DNA of 64,000 bases from an uncultured Anaerolineales bacterium (GTDB lineage Bacteria; Chloroflexota; Anaerolineae; Anaerolineales; RBG-16-64-43): the NCBI GenBank assembly GCA_964521085.1, contig CAZFPL010000001.1, positions 35,469 to 99,468 of the forward strand. Direction: 5' to 3'. This document shows, piece by piece, positions 18,173 through 27,947 of this stretch; positions within the stretch are counted from its first letter, which is position 1, and each line of letters begins with the position of its first letter. The translations under genes and the position numbers were made by a program. The notes under the pieces are model-generated. The model saw only the letters and a program-made list of their open reading frames with translations. It was not told where the DNA came from and made no database searches.

Positions 18173-18237
18173 ACGCTTGACAATCGCCCCGCGTCGATGG
18201 TCCGCCTGAATCAACTATACGGAATAGGCTTATCCCA

Positions 18238-18483
18238 TTGATGGTACCTTCAGGCAGCGATCTTGGTTTCACCTATCGAATTGTCAAGCGGGGTGAAGTG
18301 CAATTGATTCATCACGGCCGCCTGGCCGTAATCCTTCGCGGGGAACGGGCGCAGGATTTCCTCTTGGAAGTCGAGGAGTGCAGCGATTCGGATGCACAGC
18401 AGCTTATGGCGCGCCTGAGCGGTAACTATAAACGCGGCAACGAACGCACCGCGAAGAATCATCCCCGCAACCGCGGTGGATAG
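18238..18483 (+). CDS. Small hypothetical protein
   Basis: About 80 aa, protein-like composition ending MARLSGNYKRGNER; start uncertain. Confidence 0.6.
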   Translation: MMVPSGSDLGFTYRIVKRGEVQLIHHGRLAVILRGERAQDFLLEVEECSDSDAQQLMARLSGNYKRGNERTAKNHPRNRGG

Positions 18484-18549
18484 CAGCCCCGCGCCCCAGC
18501 ATGGCTTCAAGTAACTCCCCAATAAAAACCCATGCCCGCGATTGTATTT

Positions 18550-18609
18550 CCATGGTCCATCGTCCATGGTCCGTGGTCGAATGTCGATGGCCCATGGTCG
18601 ATGGTCGAC
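18550..18609. repeat. Degenerate 7-bp tandem repeat tract (CCATGGT/CCATCGT/CCGTGGT/CGATGGT)
   Basis: Run of heptamer units read directly from the sequence. Confidence 0.75.
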
Positions 18610-18680
18610 TATAATAAAGGAACAACCGACGCAGGTTTAAACACGCGCAGGAACGATTCAACTCCAACGAGGAGATCCCC

Positions 18681-19649
18681 ATGCGTTTGACCGGCACTTT
18701 CCTTGACGAAATTTCGCACGACATCCCGCACCAGAATTGGGGGCCGGAGGAATGGGAGCGGGATTTCGGCGCCATGCGCGCGATCGGGATCGACACCGTG
18801 ATCCTGATCCGCTCCGGCCATAAGCGCTGGCTGACCTACCCCTCGGACGTCCTCATCGAACGCGAAGGCTGTTACCGCCCGCCGCTGGATCTGGTGGACA
18901 TGTTCCTCACGCTCGCCGAGCTTCACGGGATGGCATTCTACTTCGGTACGTATGATTCCGGCCGCTACTGGTCCGCCGGCGAGTTCCAGAAGGAGGTCGA
19001 TCTCAACCGCGCCGTAGTCGATGAAGTGTGGGCGCGCTATGGGAAACGCGCGGCGTTCAAAGGCTGGTACCTTGCCCAGGAGGTCAGCCGCCGCACCAAG
19101 GGGATCATCGAGCTGTACGCCAAGATGGGCCGCCACTGCAAGGATTTCTCCGGAAAATTGCCGGTGCTCATCTCGCCCTGGATCGATGGGCCGAAGTCGG
19201 CGAGTTCTTATGACGCGCTGACGGATAAAGGCGGAGGGATCTCGCTGGCCGAGCATGAAGCGGAGTGGGGGGAGGTTATGGGGGGCATCCGCGGCGCGGT
19301 CGATATCGTCGCTTTCCAGGACGGGCATGTGGATTTCCACGCGCTGCCGGATTTCCTGGCCGTGAACAAAGCCCTGGCGGATAAGAACGGCCTGCACTCG
19401 TGGAGTAACGTCGAAACCTTCGACCGCGATATGCCGATCAAGTTCCCGCCCATCAAATGGGAAAAACTGCTCCTCAAGCTCGAGGCCGCGCGCAAGGCGG
19501 GCGCGGAGAAGGCGATTACCTTCGAGTTCTCGCATTTCCTCAGCCCGCATTCGTCCTATCCGCAGGCCGGGCACCTCTTCCGCCGCTACTGCGAATATTT
19601 CGCAATCCAACCCGGCTGGAGAGAGCCGCCCAAACGCGTTCCACTGTAA
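18681..19649 (+). CDS. DUF4434 domain protein (putative glycoside hydrolase-like TIM barrel)
   Basis: [46 protein letters not shown]. Confidence 0.85.
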   Translation: MRLTGTFLDEISHDIPHQNWGPEEWERDFGAMRAIGIDTVILIRSGHKRWLTYPSDVLIEREGCYRPPLDLVDMFLTLAELHGMAFYFGTYDSGRYWSAGEFQKEVDLNRAVVDEVWARYGKRAAFKGWYLAQEVSRRTKGIIELYAKMGRHCKDFSGKLPVLISPWIDGPKSASSYDALTDKGGGISLAEHEAEWGEVMGGIRGAVDIVAFQDGHVDFHALPDFLAVNKALADKNGLHSWSNVETFDRDMPIKFPPIKWEKLLLKLEAARKAGAEKAITFEFSHFLSPHSSYPQAGHLFRRYCEYFAIQPGWREPPKRVPL

Positions 19650-19666
19650 AGGAGGCGCTTTTCACC

Positions 19667-20839
19667 ATGACCGCCTACGCCGAACTCGCCGATCAATACC
19701 GACGCGCGCTGCTTGAGGATGTAATCCCATTCTGGGAGCGGCACTCCGTCGACCGCGAGTGCGGCGGTTTTTTCACCTGCCTGGACCGTGACGGGACCGT
19801 GTTCGACACCGACAAGTTCGTGTGGCTGCAGGCGCGGCAGGTTTGGACCTTCTCGATGCTCTACAACCGCATCGAACCGCGGCCGGCCTGGCTGGAAATC
19901 GCCCGCCACGGCGCGGATTTCCTCATTCGGCACGGCCTCGCGCCCGACGGCAACTGGTATTTCTCGCTGACCCGCCAGGGCCGGCCGCTCGTCCAGCCCT
20001 ACAATGTCTTCTCGGATTGTTTCGCGGCGATGGCGCTGGGTCAGTATTCACTCGCGGCGAAAGATGAAAAGGCCGCCGAGTTTGCGCGGACGACCTACCG
20101 CAATATCCTGCGCCGGCAGGAGAATCCGAAAGGGATCTATAACAAACTGGTTCCCGGAACGCGCCCGCTGAAGAATTTCGCGCTGCCGATGATCCTGTGC
20201 AACTTGGCGCTCGAACTCGAGCGCTTGCTCCCGCCGGAGGAGACGGAAGCCACGATCGACGAGTGCGTGACGGCTGTGCCGGGCCGGTTCCTCGACCCGC
20301 AGCGGAATATCATCCTCGAAAACATCGCGCCGGACGGAAGCCGGGTGAATTCGTTCGAAGGGCGTTTGCTCAACCCGGGGCATGCGATCGAGGCGATGTG
20401 GTTCCTGATGGACATCGGCATCCGCCGCGGGGACCGGGCTCTGATCGAGAAGGCCGTGGGAGTGGTGCTTTCGACGCTCGAATTCGCCTGGGACAACGAG
20501 TACGGCGGCCTGTTCTATTTTCTCGACCGCCTCGGCCGTCCGCCGCAGCAGCTGGAGTGGGATCAGAAGCTGTGGTGGGTGCACATCGAAACGCTGATCG
20601 CGCTGAGTTTGGGCTTCGCCCGAACCAAACGCGCGGAGTGCTGGGAGTGGTACGAGCGCGTGCATGAATATACCTGGAAGCATTTTCCCGATCCCAAGTT
20701 GGGCGAGTGGTATGGCTACCTCAACCGCCGGGGCGAAGTCCTTTTACCGCTCAAGGGTGGAAAGTGGAAAGGCTGCTTCCACGTCCCGCGCGGTTTGTTC
20801 CGCTGCTGGAAGATTTTCGAGACCTTGGCGGATTCATAA
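19667..20839 (+). CDS. N-acylglucosamine 2-epimerase (AGE) family
   Basis: [49 protein letters not shown]; GGAGG SD. Confidence 0.92.
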   Translation: MTAYAELADQYRRALLEDVIPFWERHSVDRECGGFFTCLDRDGTVFDTDKFVWLQARQVWTFSMLYNRIEPRPAWLEIARHGADFLIRHGLAPDGNWYFSLTRQGRPLVQPYNVFSDCFAAMALGQYSLAAKDEKAAEFARTTYRNILRRQENPKGIYNKLVPGTRPLKNFALPMILCNLALELERLLPPEETEATIDECVTAVPGRFLDPQRNIILENIAPDGSRVNSFEGRLLNPGHAIEAMWFLMDIGIRRGDRALIEKAVGVVLSTLEFAWDNEYGGLFYFLDRLGRPPQQLEWDQKLWWVHIETLIALSLGFARTKRAECWEWYERVHEYTWKHFPDPKLGEWYGYLNRRGEVLLPLKGGKWKGCFHVPRGLFRCWKIFETLADS

Positions 20840-20934
20840 ATGGCAAGACGTTGTCAGTCGATCGGGCGGATATCCCGCATTTCCAACGATCCTATGGAAC
20901 AATTTTGGGGTGGCAGTCGGACGGGTCTGTTTGG

Positions 20935-20987
20935 AAGCCCGGCGGAGGCCGGGCTTGGTATGCCAGCCCGGGGCTTCAGCCCCGGGC
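20935..20987. repeat. Two adjacent GC-rich hairpins (terminator or REP-like)
   Basis: AAGCCCGGC/GCCGGGCTT and GCCCGGGGC-TTCA-GCCCCGGGC. Confidence 0.45.
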
Positions 20988-21041
20988 GGTGGGATTCCAC
21001 CGGTGGTTTCGTCTCGATGATTCCTGTTTGAGTGGGCGCCT

Positions 21042-21803
21042 GTGGTAATGGAATTCACCGCTCTTCTCCAAAAGGATCTTCTCGCGCTCGGCGTGCGCTC
21101 CGGCGGACTGCTGCTCGTCCACAGTTCGCTGCGTTCGCTGGGGCGGGTGCCCGACGGGGCGGAAACGGTCGTCCGCGGATTGCTTGCCGCGCTCGGACCG
21201 GAGGGCACGCTGCTCATGCCCGCGCTGACCTTCGAGCGGGTGACGCCCGATAATCCGGTCTTCGACATCCGCTATACGCCTTCCATTGTGGGGGTCATCC
21301 CCGAAACCTTCCGCACGCGTCCCGGCACACTTCGCAGTTTGCATCCGACGCATTCGGTGTGCGCCGCCGGGCCGCTGGCCGCGGCGCTGATTAAAGCACA
21401 TGCATCCGATACGACCCCTTGCGGTCCGAACTCGCCGTTCCGGGCGCTTCCCGAACGCGGCGGGCAGATACTCTTTTTGGGATGCGGCCTGGAAGCGAAC
21501 ACGTCCATGCACGCCGTCGAAGAAATCGTCGTGCCCTCGTATCTCTACGATCCCCCGATCCAGTACCGGCTGATCCTCGCCGACGGATCGTCGCAGACGA
21601 AAACTTACACGCCGCACAACTTCCGCGGGTGGCGCCAGCGCTACGACCGCGTGGCGGAGATCCTGCGCCCCCCGGATTTGATCCGCGCCACCGTTGCGGG
21701 TGCCGTGTCGATCCTGCTCGACGCGGCGGCGATGTGGGATGCGGCGCTAGCAGCGCTGCGCCGGGATCCGCTGTTTTTTATCGAGAAGGCGGATGCGGGG
21801 TGA
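21042..21803 (+). CDS. AAC(3)/YokD family N-acetyltransferase homologue
   Basis: LLVHSSLRSLG, GTLLMP, RSLHPTHS, NTSMHAVE; start may be the ATG at 21048. Confidence 0.88.
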   Translation: MVMEFTALLQKDLLALGVRSGGLLLVHSSLRSLGRVPDGAETVVRGLLAALGPEGTLLMPALTFERVTPDNPVFDIRYTPSIVGVIPETFRTRPGTLRSLHPTHSVCAAGPLAAALIKAHASDTTPCGPNSPFRALPERGGQILFLGCGLEANTSMHAVEEIVVPSYLYDPPIQYRLILADGSSQTKTYTPHNFRGWRQRYDRVAEILRPPDLIRATVAGAVSILLDAAAMWDAALAALRRDPLFFIEKADAG

Positions 21804-22069
21804 AGGCAGCGGTTTACCCGACTGTGTTTCCAATAGGCCGGCCGAAACCCCTTTCCTTGGAGTGTATAAATGCAAGGGGAAATCCCGTCAGACCTTTCGG
21901 TCTGAGGCTCGACTTTCCCGACAATGGAGGCCGGAATGTTTGAATTATGATACATTGGAGTGAAGGAAGTATCATCCGGTAAGCGAAAAAGAGAAACAGG
22001 TACGAAGGACTACCCTCTTCTACTTGCATCAGAAGCATACGACCAATCGATTAGGGAAAGGACGGAACC

Positions 22070-22243
22070 ATGACCAATCCGCCGTCTGCCGCACCGACCA
22101 AGGGAAAAATACCCACCATAATCGTGATCCTGTTAATCCTTCTGGCTGTTTGTATCGTATTACCCTGTTGTATTATTGTCCTCCTGTCCTTGCTTGGACC
22201 CGCCGTCGGCAACGTTTTTTCGGATATCATCATCAGCATCTAA
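22070..22243 (+). CDS. 57-aa membrane protein with Flp-pilin-like C-terminus (absent from the ORF track)
   Basis: Manual translation MTNPPSAAPTKGKIPTIIVILLILLAVCIVLPCCIIVLLSLLGPAVGNVFSDIIISI; AAAGGA SD. Confidence 0.7.
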   Translation: MTNPPSAAPTKGKIPTIIVILLILLAVCIVLPCCIIVLLSLLGPAVGNVFSDIIISI

Positions 22244-22720
22244 GGGCTGATTCCCTGAAGGGATCGGCGGCGAGCGGATTCTGCAGCCCGCCCACGAATG
22301 GATGTCAGCCGCCCTAATAAACGGATTCCCGAATCGGTTGTGTCGATTCTCCGGCCGAGAGATTAAGTATCCCATTAATTCTACGTTGAAGTTTGAGGGC
22401 AAGGGAAAGAAAGGTTAGAAATTCTAATAGAATCAACAGGTTGCTGAAAAAGACGCCAAAGGGGGTCCGGCAGTGGTTAATGCGAAAGCAGAAGCCAGAA
22501 TGGATTCTTTCCTTGAATTGATCCTTACCACCCCCGACTTGAATCTGGATGCGAAATGGACCAATTGATCGCCGACCTGCAGCTTATTTTATTTCCACCC
22601 GGGGGATGATGTTACGGATTGGATTGCCTCCGAATAGAAAAGCTTGTCCTGTATTTTTTCACCGCTTGAAGATTGAATTATTTTCCCCTTCCAAAATAAT
22701 TTTGCATGGAGGGATGTTCC

Positions 22721-23410
22721 ATGAGCGGCCATTCGCAAAAAATCCAGGTTTATATTGAAACCGGAATCAAAAAGACCTTCGCCGCTGCGCTCGATTGGCC
22801 GGGCTGGTGCCGTTCCGGCCGGGATGAAGCGGCGGCGATCCGGACACTGGCCGGGTATGGATCGCGATACGGGCGCGTCCTCCAAGCGGCGGGGCTGGAT
22901 TTCCAGCCGCCGGCGGATGAATCGACCTTTGTGGTCATCGAACGCCTGATGGGGGATGCGACAACCGATTTCGGATCGCCTGGTCAGCCCCCGTCAGCGG
23001 ATTCGCAACCGATGGGCAAATCGGAGCTTGAGCGTTCCGGCGCGATCCTGAAAGCCTGCTGGCGGGCGTTCGACCGGGCGGCGGAATCCACGGCCGGCCG
23101 GGAACTTCGAAAAGGTCCGCGCGGCGGCGGTCGCACTTTAATGGAAATCACCCGCCATTTGCTCGAGGCCGACACGGCTTACCTGGGAAAGATCGGTTGG
23201 CCGGGTAAACTGGAGTCGGGTGGGGATGGGGCGGCTGAGTTTCGCCGTATGCGCGCGGCAATCCTCGACGGCTTGGTTGCGGCAGCGGCGGGCAAACTAC
23301 CGTCCAAAGGCCCGCGCGGCGGCTCGCGCTGGACGGCGCGCTACTTTGTCCGGCGCGTCGCCTGGCATGCGCTGGACCATGCGTGGGAGATCGAAGATCG
23401 CACCGGTTAA
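22721..23410 (+). CDS. Conserved hypothetical protein (DinB-like C-terminal half)
   Basis: GGAGGG SD; FAAALDWPGWCRSG, two KGPRGG motifs, RRVAWHALDHAWEIED. Confidence 0.75.
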   Translation: MSGHSQKIQVYIETGIKKTFAAALDWPGWCRSGRDEAAAIRTLAGYGSRYGRVLQAAGLDFQPPADESTFVVIERLMGDATTDFGSPGQPPSADSQPMGKSELERSGAILKACWRAFDRAAESTAGRELRKGPRGGGRTLMEITRHLLEADTAYLGKIGWPGKLESGGDGAAEFRRMRAAILDGLVAAAAGKLPSKGPRGGSRWTARYFVRRVAWHALDHAWEIEDRTG

Positions 23411-23653
23411 TCGGAGTTTCCGTCGGCCGAAAATTAAAAATCAACTTTTAACAAGGCAATGATGACGGGTCATGGACGAAGGTGGCCGTAATTTCCTCAA
23501 ATGTAGGTGATGTTATTGAGATGTCATGATCAAGGCAATTGCAAATCGATGTAACTGATTTGTCATGCGAGACGCATCAGGGTACAGGCTGGCCGAAATC
23601 AGCCGTTTTTTTTAATTACTCGAGGGCGGCCGTCATATGCCTGTTTCAAGATT

Positions 23654-23681
23654 GTCACTTCCCCGTAACAACTCGGAAACA
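23654..23681 (+). promoter_or_regulatory. 11-bp-period direct-repeat box (OmpR/PhoB-type)
   Basis: GTCACT-N5-GTAACA-N5-GAAACA, 48 bp upstream of the RCC1 lipoprotein start. Confidence 0.5.
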
Positions 23682-23728
23682 GGATTACCGATAAAATAGG
23701 TTGAAACGTCCTTCCGCGAGGAGACGGC

Positions 23729-26134
23729 ATGAAAATCCATTATTTCAATCCCATGAAGTGGATCATCCCTTTTATTTTCCTGACGCTCGCCGGTTGCGGG
23801 GGGCCCGGACCGGCCGACGGAACAGCGGCCGCCGGCAGGGAGACTTTGTCCGAGGTTTCATCCTGGACCGCTTTGCCGGACAACACGCAAACACCGATGC
23901 CTTCTTCGACGTCTACGCGTACGCCGGCTTCAAGTCTGTCGGCAATCGCGGCCGCCGCGGGCCGGAGACATACCTGCGTGATCGTTGACAAGAACAACGT
24001 TAAATGCTGGGGAGAGAACGAGGATGGACAGCTCGGCGACGGGACGACCGTTCAGAAAAGTTTTGCCGTGGATGTCCTCGGCCTGGACGAAGGCATAACC
24101 GAAATCGCGGCCGGGTATAACCATACCTGCGCCCTGACCGGCTCCGGCGGGGTGCGATGCTGGGGGAATAACGCCTTCGGCCAATTGGGCGATGACACCC
24201 AGACCAGCCGCAGCAGGCCTGTGATGGTTCCGCTTCCGGGTTCCATAGTCGCTGTTTCCGCCGGAACCCTGCACTCGTGCGCTGCAACCCGCCGCGAGAT
24301 TTATTGTTGGGGCATCGTGGAATACCAATATCTCGAGGGCGAGGATGTGGTGGGCATCTCCTTCAAGCCCTACCGTGTCGATGTCGGCAATATCCCCGCC
24401 GATGAGCAGATCATTTCGATCGGATCCGGATTTGCGCATGATTGCGTTCTTACGGATCAGGGAAGCGTGTATTGCTGGGGGCGGAACGACATCGGCCAGC
24501 TCGGCCGGGGGCCGGCCACCTACGCCGATAATGTTCCGGATAGGGTCCTTGGAATTACCGGCCCCGTTGTCAAACTGGCGGTGGGAGGGTCGCATACCTG
24601 CGTGATCCAGGATGACCATATGGTGGCTTGTTGGGGATACAACAAGTACGGCCAACTGGGTAGTTCCCATACCGGCGAGGAAGGTCAGCCGGCGAAAATT
24701 GCGGGCTTGAAATATGTGACCGATCTCTCGGCGGGTGCATACCATACCTGCGCAATCCTTTCCGACGGCGGGGCCAAGTGCTGGGGCGATAACCGGTATC
24801 ACCAGCTGGGCGGAGAGCAGACGGCTTTGGGAAACATCGCGGACATTGCCGGCAAATTCCGGTCGATTGCTGCGGGCGGTTCTCATACCTGCGCCCTGAC
24901 CGAGAACGGCGGGGTTGAGTGCTGGGGGAACAATAAGTTCGGGCAGTTGGGGGAGAGCGCCATTTCCACCAAAGGTACGCCTGTGCCGACTCGGACCAAA
25001 ACAATCATCCCGCCAAAGACCCCTGATGCGCCGACGCCCACTCCGGAACCATCCAACTTCGTAGTCTCCATCGCCGCCGGACGCTATCATACGTGTGTGG
25101 TCACCGAATCGGGCGGCGTGAAATGCTGGGGCAAGAACGAACATGGAGAATTGGGCAACGGAACCAATAGCGACAGCAGCGTCCCGGTGGATGTGGTCGG
25201 GTTGCAGCGTGGGGTGCGGGCGGTGGTTGCGGGTTGGGGGCACACCTGCGCGCTGATAGATTCCGGCGGGGTGAAGTGCTGGGGGTATAACGATAACGGC
25301 GAACTGGGCAACGCTTTTAACAGCAACAGCAACATCCCGGTGGATGTCAGCGGGCTGGACGGCGGCGTGATCTCCATCGATGCGGCCGACGATCACACCT
25401 GCGTGGTGCTTGCCGGCGGTAATGTGGGATGCTGGGGCTACAACGAATACGGCCAGTTGGGGGATGGCGCGACCGTCGATCGAAATGTGCCGGTGTATGT
25501 CCCCGGTCAGCCGGTCGGGGCGCATGCGGTCGCGGCCGGCTGGGGGCACACTTGTGCGCTGCTTGCGACCGGTGGAGTCAAGTGCTGGGGAAATAACGAA
25601 CTTGGCCAGTTGGGGGATGGATCCGACGCGGAGAACCGGACGAAGCCGGTTTATGTGTCCGGCATGACCTACGATGTATCCGCGATCACCGCCGACGGCG
25701 GCCACACCTGCGCGCTGAAGACAAACGGGATTGTGATGTGCTGGGGGGCCAACAAGTACGGCCAGCTCGGCGACGGGACCGGCGAGATCCGCAAGGTCCC
25801 CGTTGCCGTGGCCGGATTGAATATGAAAGTCTGGAAACTCGTCGCCGGATGGAACACCACCTGCGCGATAGGAGAGGCGGGAGAGCTGGCCTGCTGGGGA
25901 TGGAATTACTACGGCCAGCTGGGGAACGGAATCCGTACGACCAGCGCCCGGCCGGTGGTGGCGGGCGAAATGATGTACGGGGTGGTTGATGCCGCGCTCG
26001 GTTGGGGGCATACCTGTGTGATCACCGACACGGGCGGCGTGCAATGCTTCGGATTGAACGAGTTCGGCCAGCTCGGCGACGGCACAACCGAAAACGGGTA
26101 TCTGCCCTTGGATGTGATCGGTTTAAGCGGTTGA
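23729..26134 (+). CDS. RCC1-repeat lipoprotein, two propellers
   Basis: Lipobox LAGC, Thr/Pro stalk, about 14 CWG.N..GQLG repeats with a Thr/Pro linker between propellers. Confidence 0.9.
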   Translation: MKIHYFNPMKWIIPFIFLTLAGCGGPGPADGTAAAGRETLSEVSSWTALPDNTQTPMPSSTSTRTPASSLSAIAAAAGRRHTCVIVDKNNVKCWGENEDGQLGDGTTVQKSFAVDVLGLDEGITEIAAGYNHTCALTGSGGVRCWGNNAFGQLGDDTQTSRSRPVMVPLPGSIVAVSAGTLHSCAATRREIYCWGIVEYQYLEGEDVVGISFKPYRVDVGNIPADEQIISIGSGFAHDCVLTDQGSVYCWGRNDIGQLGRGPATYADNVPDRVLGITGPVVKLAVGGSHTCVIQDDHMVACWGYNKYGQLGSSHTGEEGQPAKIAGLKYVTDLSAGAYHTCAILSDGGAKCWGDNRYHQLGGEQTALGNIADIAGKFRSIAAGGSHTCALTENGGVECWGNNKFGQLGESAISTKGTPVPTRTKTIIPPKTPDAPTPTPEPSNFVVSIAAGRYHTCVVTESGGVKCWGKNEHGELGNGTNSDSSVPVDVVGLQRGVRAVVAGWGHTCALIDSGGVKCWGYNDNGELGNAFNSNSNIPVDVSGLDGGVISIDAADDHTCVVLAGGNVGCWGYNEYGQLGDGATVDRNVPVYVPGQPVGAHAVAAGWGHTCALLATGGVKCWGNNELGQLGDGSDAENRTKPVYVSGMTYDVSAITADGGHTCALKTNGIVMCWGANKYGQLGDGTGEIRKVPVAVAGLNMKVWKLVAGWNTTCAIGEAGELACWGWNYYGQLGNGIRTTSARPVVAGEMMYGVVDAALGWGHTCVITDTGGVQCFGLNEFGQLGDGTTENGYLPLDVIGLSG

Positions 26135-26204
26135 ATCATCGGGAACGGATGACGGAATAGGAAGCGCAGAGAACGACTCCGGCACCAGGGGAAGAAACGC
26201 CGGG

Positions 26205-26250
26205 AAAGGAAAGGGCGGCCTGCACCAGATCGGCCGTTCTTTCCTTTTTT
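26205..26250 (+). terminator. Intrinsic terminator
   Basis: AAAGGAAAGGGCGGCC/GGCCGTTCTTTCCTTT stem followed by T-run. Confidence 0.6.
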
Positions 26251-26364
26251 AATTCGATCAAGCGCGCCATGATTCTTCCAAGGCGCATTTTTTCGTAGGC
26301 CGCGCGAAGGGCGATCAACGGCTGTTCGCCGATTTCCGTCGCTTCACACGATGGAATATCCCGT

Positions 26365-26403
26365 GTTTCAATTCTGTAACATGCCGGTAACAGTAAAGTT
26401 GCA
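26365..26403 (+). promoter_or_regulatory. 11-bp-period direct-repeat box
   Basis: GTTTCA, GTAACA, GTAACA, GTTGCA at 26365/26376/26387/26398. Confidence 0.65.
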
Positions 26404-26473
26404 GAAGCCGCATAAAATTATTATCGGGAATAGGGATATTTGTCACGATATCCCACAAGGAAGGACGAAATCC

Positions 26474-27814
26474 ATGCGCCAAAATTTTTCTTTCATCAAA
26501 TGGGTCGCGGGCGGATTGGTTCTGAGTGCCTGCACGTTTTCCCTCTCGCTGGTGCCCAATCCGACGGCGACCCCCATCGTGCCTACGCCCACTCGGACAA
26601 TGACGAGCACGGTTACGGCGACGGCATCGCCCACCGCCGTTCCGCCCACGCCGACCCCCACCGGTACCAAGACGCCCGTCACCCCCGTCACGCTGGATCC
26701 GGCGGCCGCGCCGAAAGGGGATATTGCCTTCGAGAAGGGAACCTACAACGAGGACGGCGTGTATTTGGTCACGCCGAAGATCAAAGGCCGTGGAACACTC
26801 GATTTTCTGTACGGGCAGGTGTCCGATCCCGAGTGGTCGCCGGACGGAAAACGGATTGCTTTGAGATTGTACCGGTGGAGGGAGATTTCGGAGACTTCTT
26901 CCTACTGGGTGGATGATATCGCCGTGATCAACCGCGATGGGAGCGGTTTTAAAAAGTTGACCAAGATGGAGAAAGGCGACCGGTTGTGGGAATTCACCTG
27001 GTCGCCCGACGGCCGCTGGATCGCCGTGGTCCGCTCCAAGATGGACCCCAATTACATCTTCTACGATCACGCCGTATGGATCATCAAGACCGACGGGTCC
27101 GGCATGATGAAAAAGATCGGAGATACCACAAGCAGCGATGCCCATGTGGATTGGTTCCCGGACAGCAAGCGTCTGGCCTATCTGGATCCGGGGGGACTGC
27201 TGGTGATTGCCTCCATCGACACCGGCGAGACGATAACGATGGATTTAGTCGATTCGCCGGAGGAGAAGTATCGGATCTTCGATGTCTCGGCGGATGGAAA
27301 ATCAGTGGCGTATCTGGAATATTCCGACAAGGAATATTCCCTTCGCATGGTCAACCTGGAGGGCTTCCAAGAGGGCGACGAGCCTGAGGAAGTGATCCTG
27401 TTCGAAGGCACGATGGAAGATATTAAATTAATTATTCCGATGGCGGGTGACCTTTCCTTGTCGCCGGACGGCGGGTGAGAGATTTATTTCCTCACCGAAC
27501 CCGGAAAAGCCACCCTCCAGCTTTTTTCCATCGGGAGTTCCGAACCCGTCACCCTTGCGGAGCTTACTGATTACTCTCCCGATTTGGAGCGGTTGGATCC
27601 CCAAATCGATAGGCTCATCCCCGCGTCTCCGAATTGGAAACCCGGCTGGTCGTCGGACGGCGAGTGGATCGTGTATGCGACGGCCATCTCGGGGCAGGGT
27701 TGGGAAAACGGGAATATCTACATCGTCAACGCCGATCAGGCCTTGGCCGGCACGATCGAACCCATCCTGGTGGCGGAGCACGGAAGGCGGCCGGATTGGC
27801 AGCCGGCGGTATGA
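26474..27814 (+). pseudogene. TolB/PD40-like propeller lipoprotein interrupted by an in-frame TGA at 27476-27478
   Basis: Lipobox LSAC and WSPDG repeats; the frame stays open after the TGA and aligns colinearly with paralogue 27948..29294 to its C-terminus (PDWQP). Confidence 0.8.
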
Positions 27815-27839
27815 AAGACGCAGCGGCCGAATTTACTGT

Positions 27840-27878
27840 GTATCCATTCCGTAACAGGCTCGTAACAGCCAAGTTGCA
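27840..27878 (+). promoter_or_regulatory. 11-bp-period direct-repeat box (duplicated promoter)
   Basis: GTATCC, GTAACA, GTAACA, GTTGCA at 27840/27851/27862/27873; downstream ~70 bp resembles 26400-26476. Confidence 0.65.
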
Positions 27879-27947
27879 GAAGTTGCATAAAATTATTCTC
27901 GGGAACCAGGATAACATTCACGAGATACTCAACAAAGGATGAAAACC

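Noticed and set aside
21042-21803. Aminoglycoside resistance gene
   Set aside because: AAC(3)/YokD homologues are widespread and family membership does not show resistance; there is no mobile context.
21877-21919. Hairpin TCAGACC-TTTC-GGTCTGA within GGGAAA/TTTCCC as a riboswitch or ncRNA
   Set aside because: I could not match it to any known RNA family by eye; an Rfam cmscan would be needed.
27476-27478. In-frame TGA as selenocysteine
   Set aside because: It aligns to Arg, not Cys, in the paralogue, and I see no SECIS-like hairpin immediately downstream.
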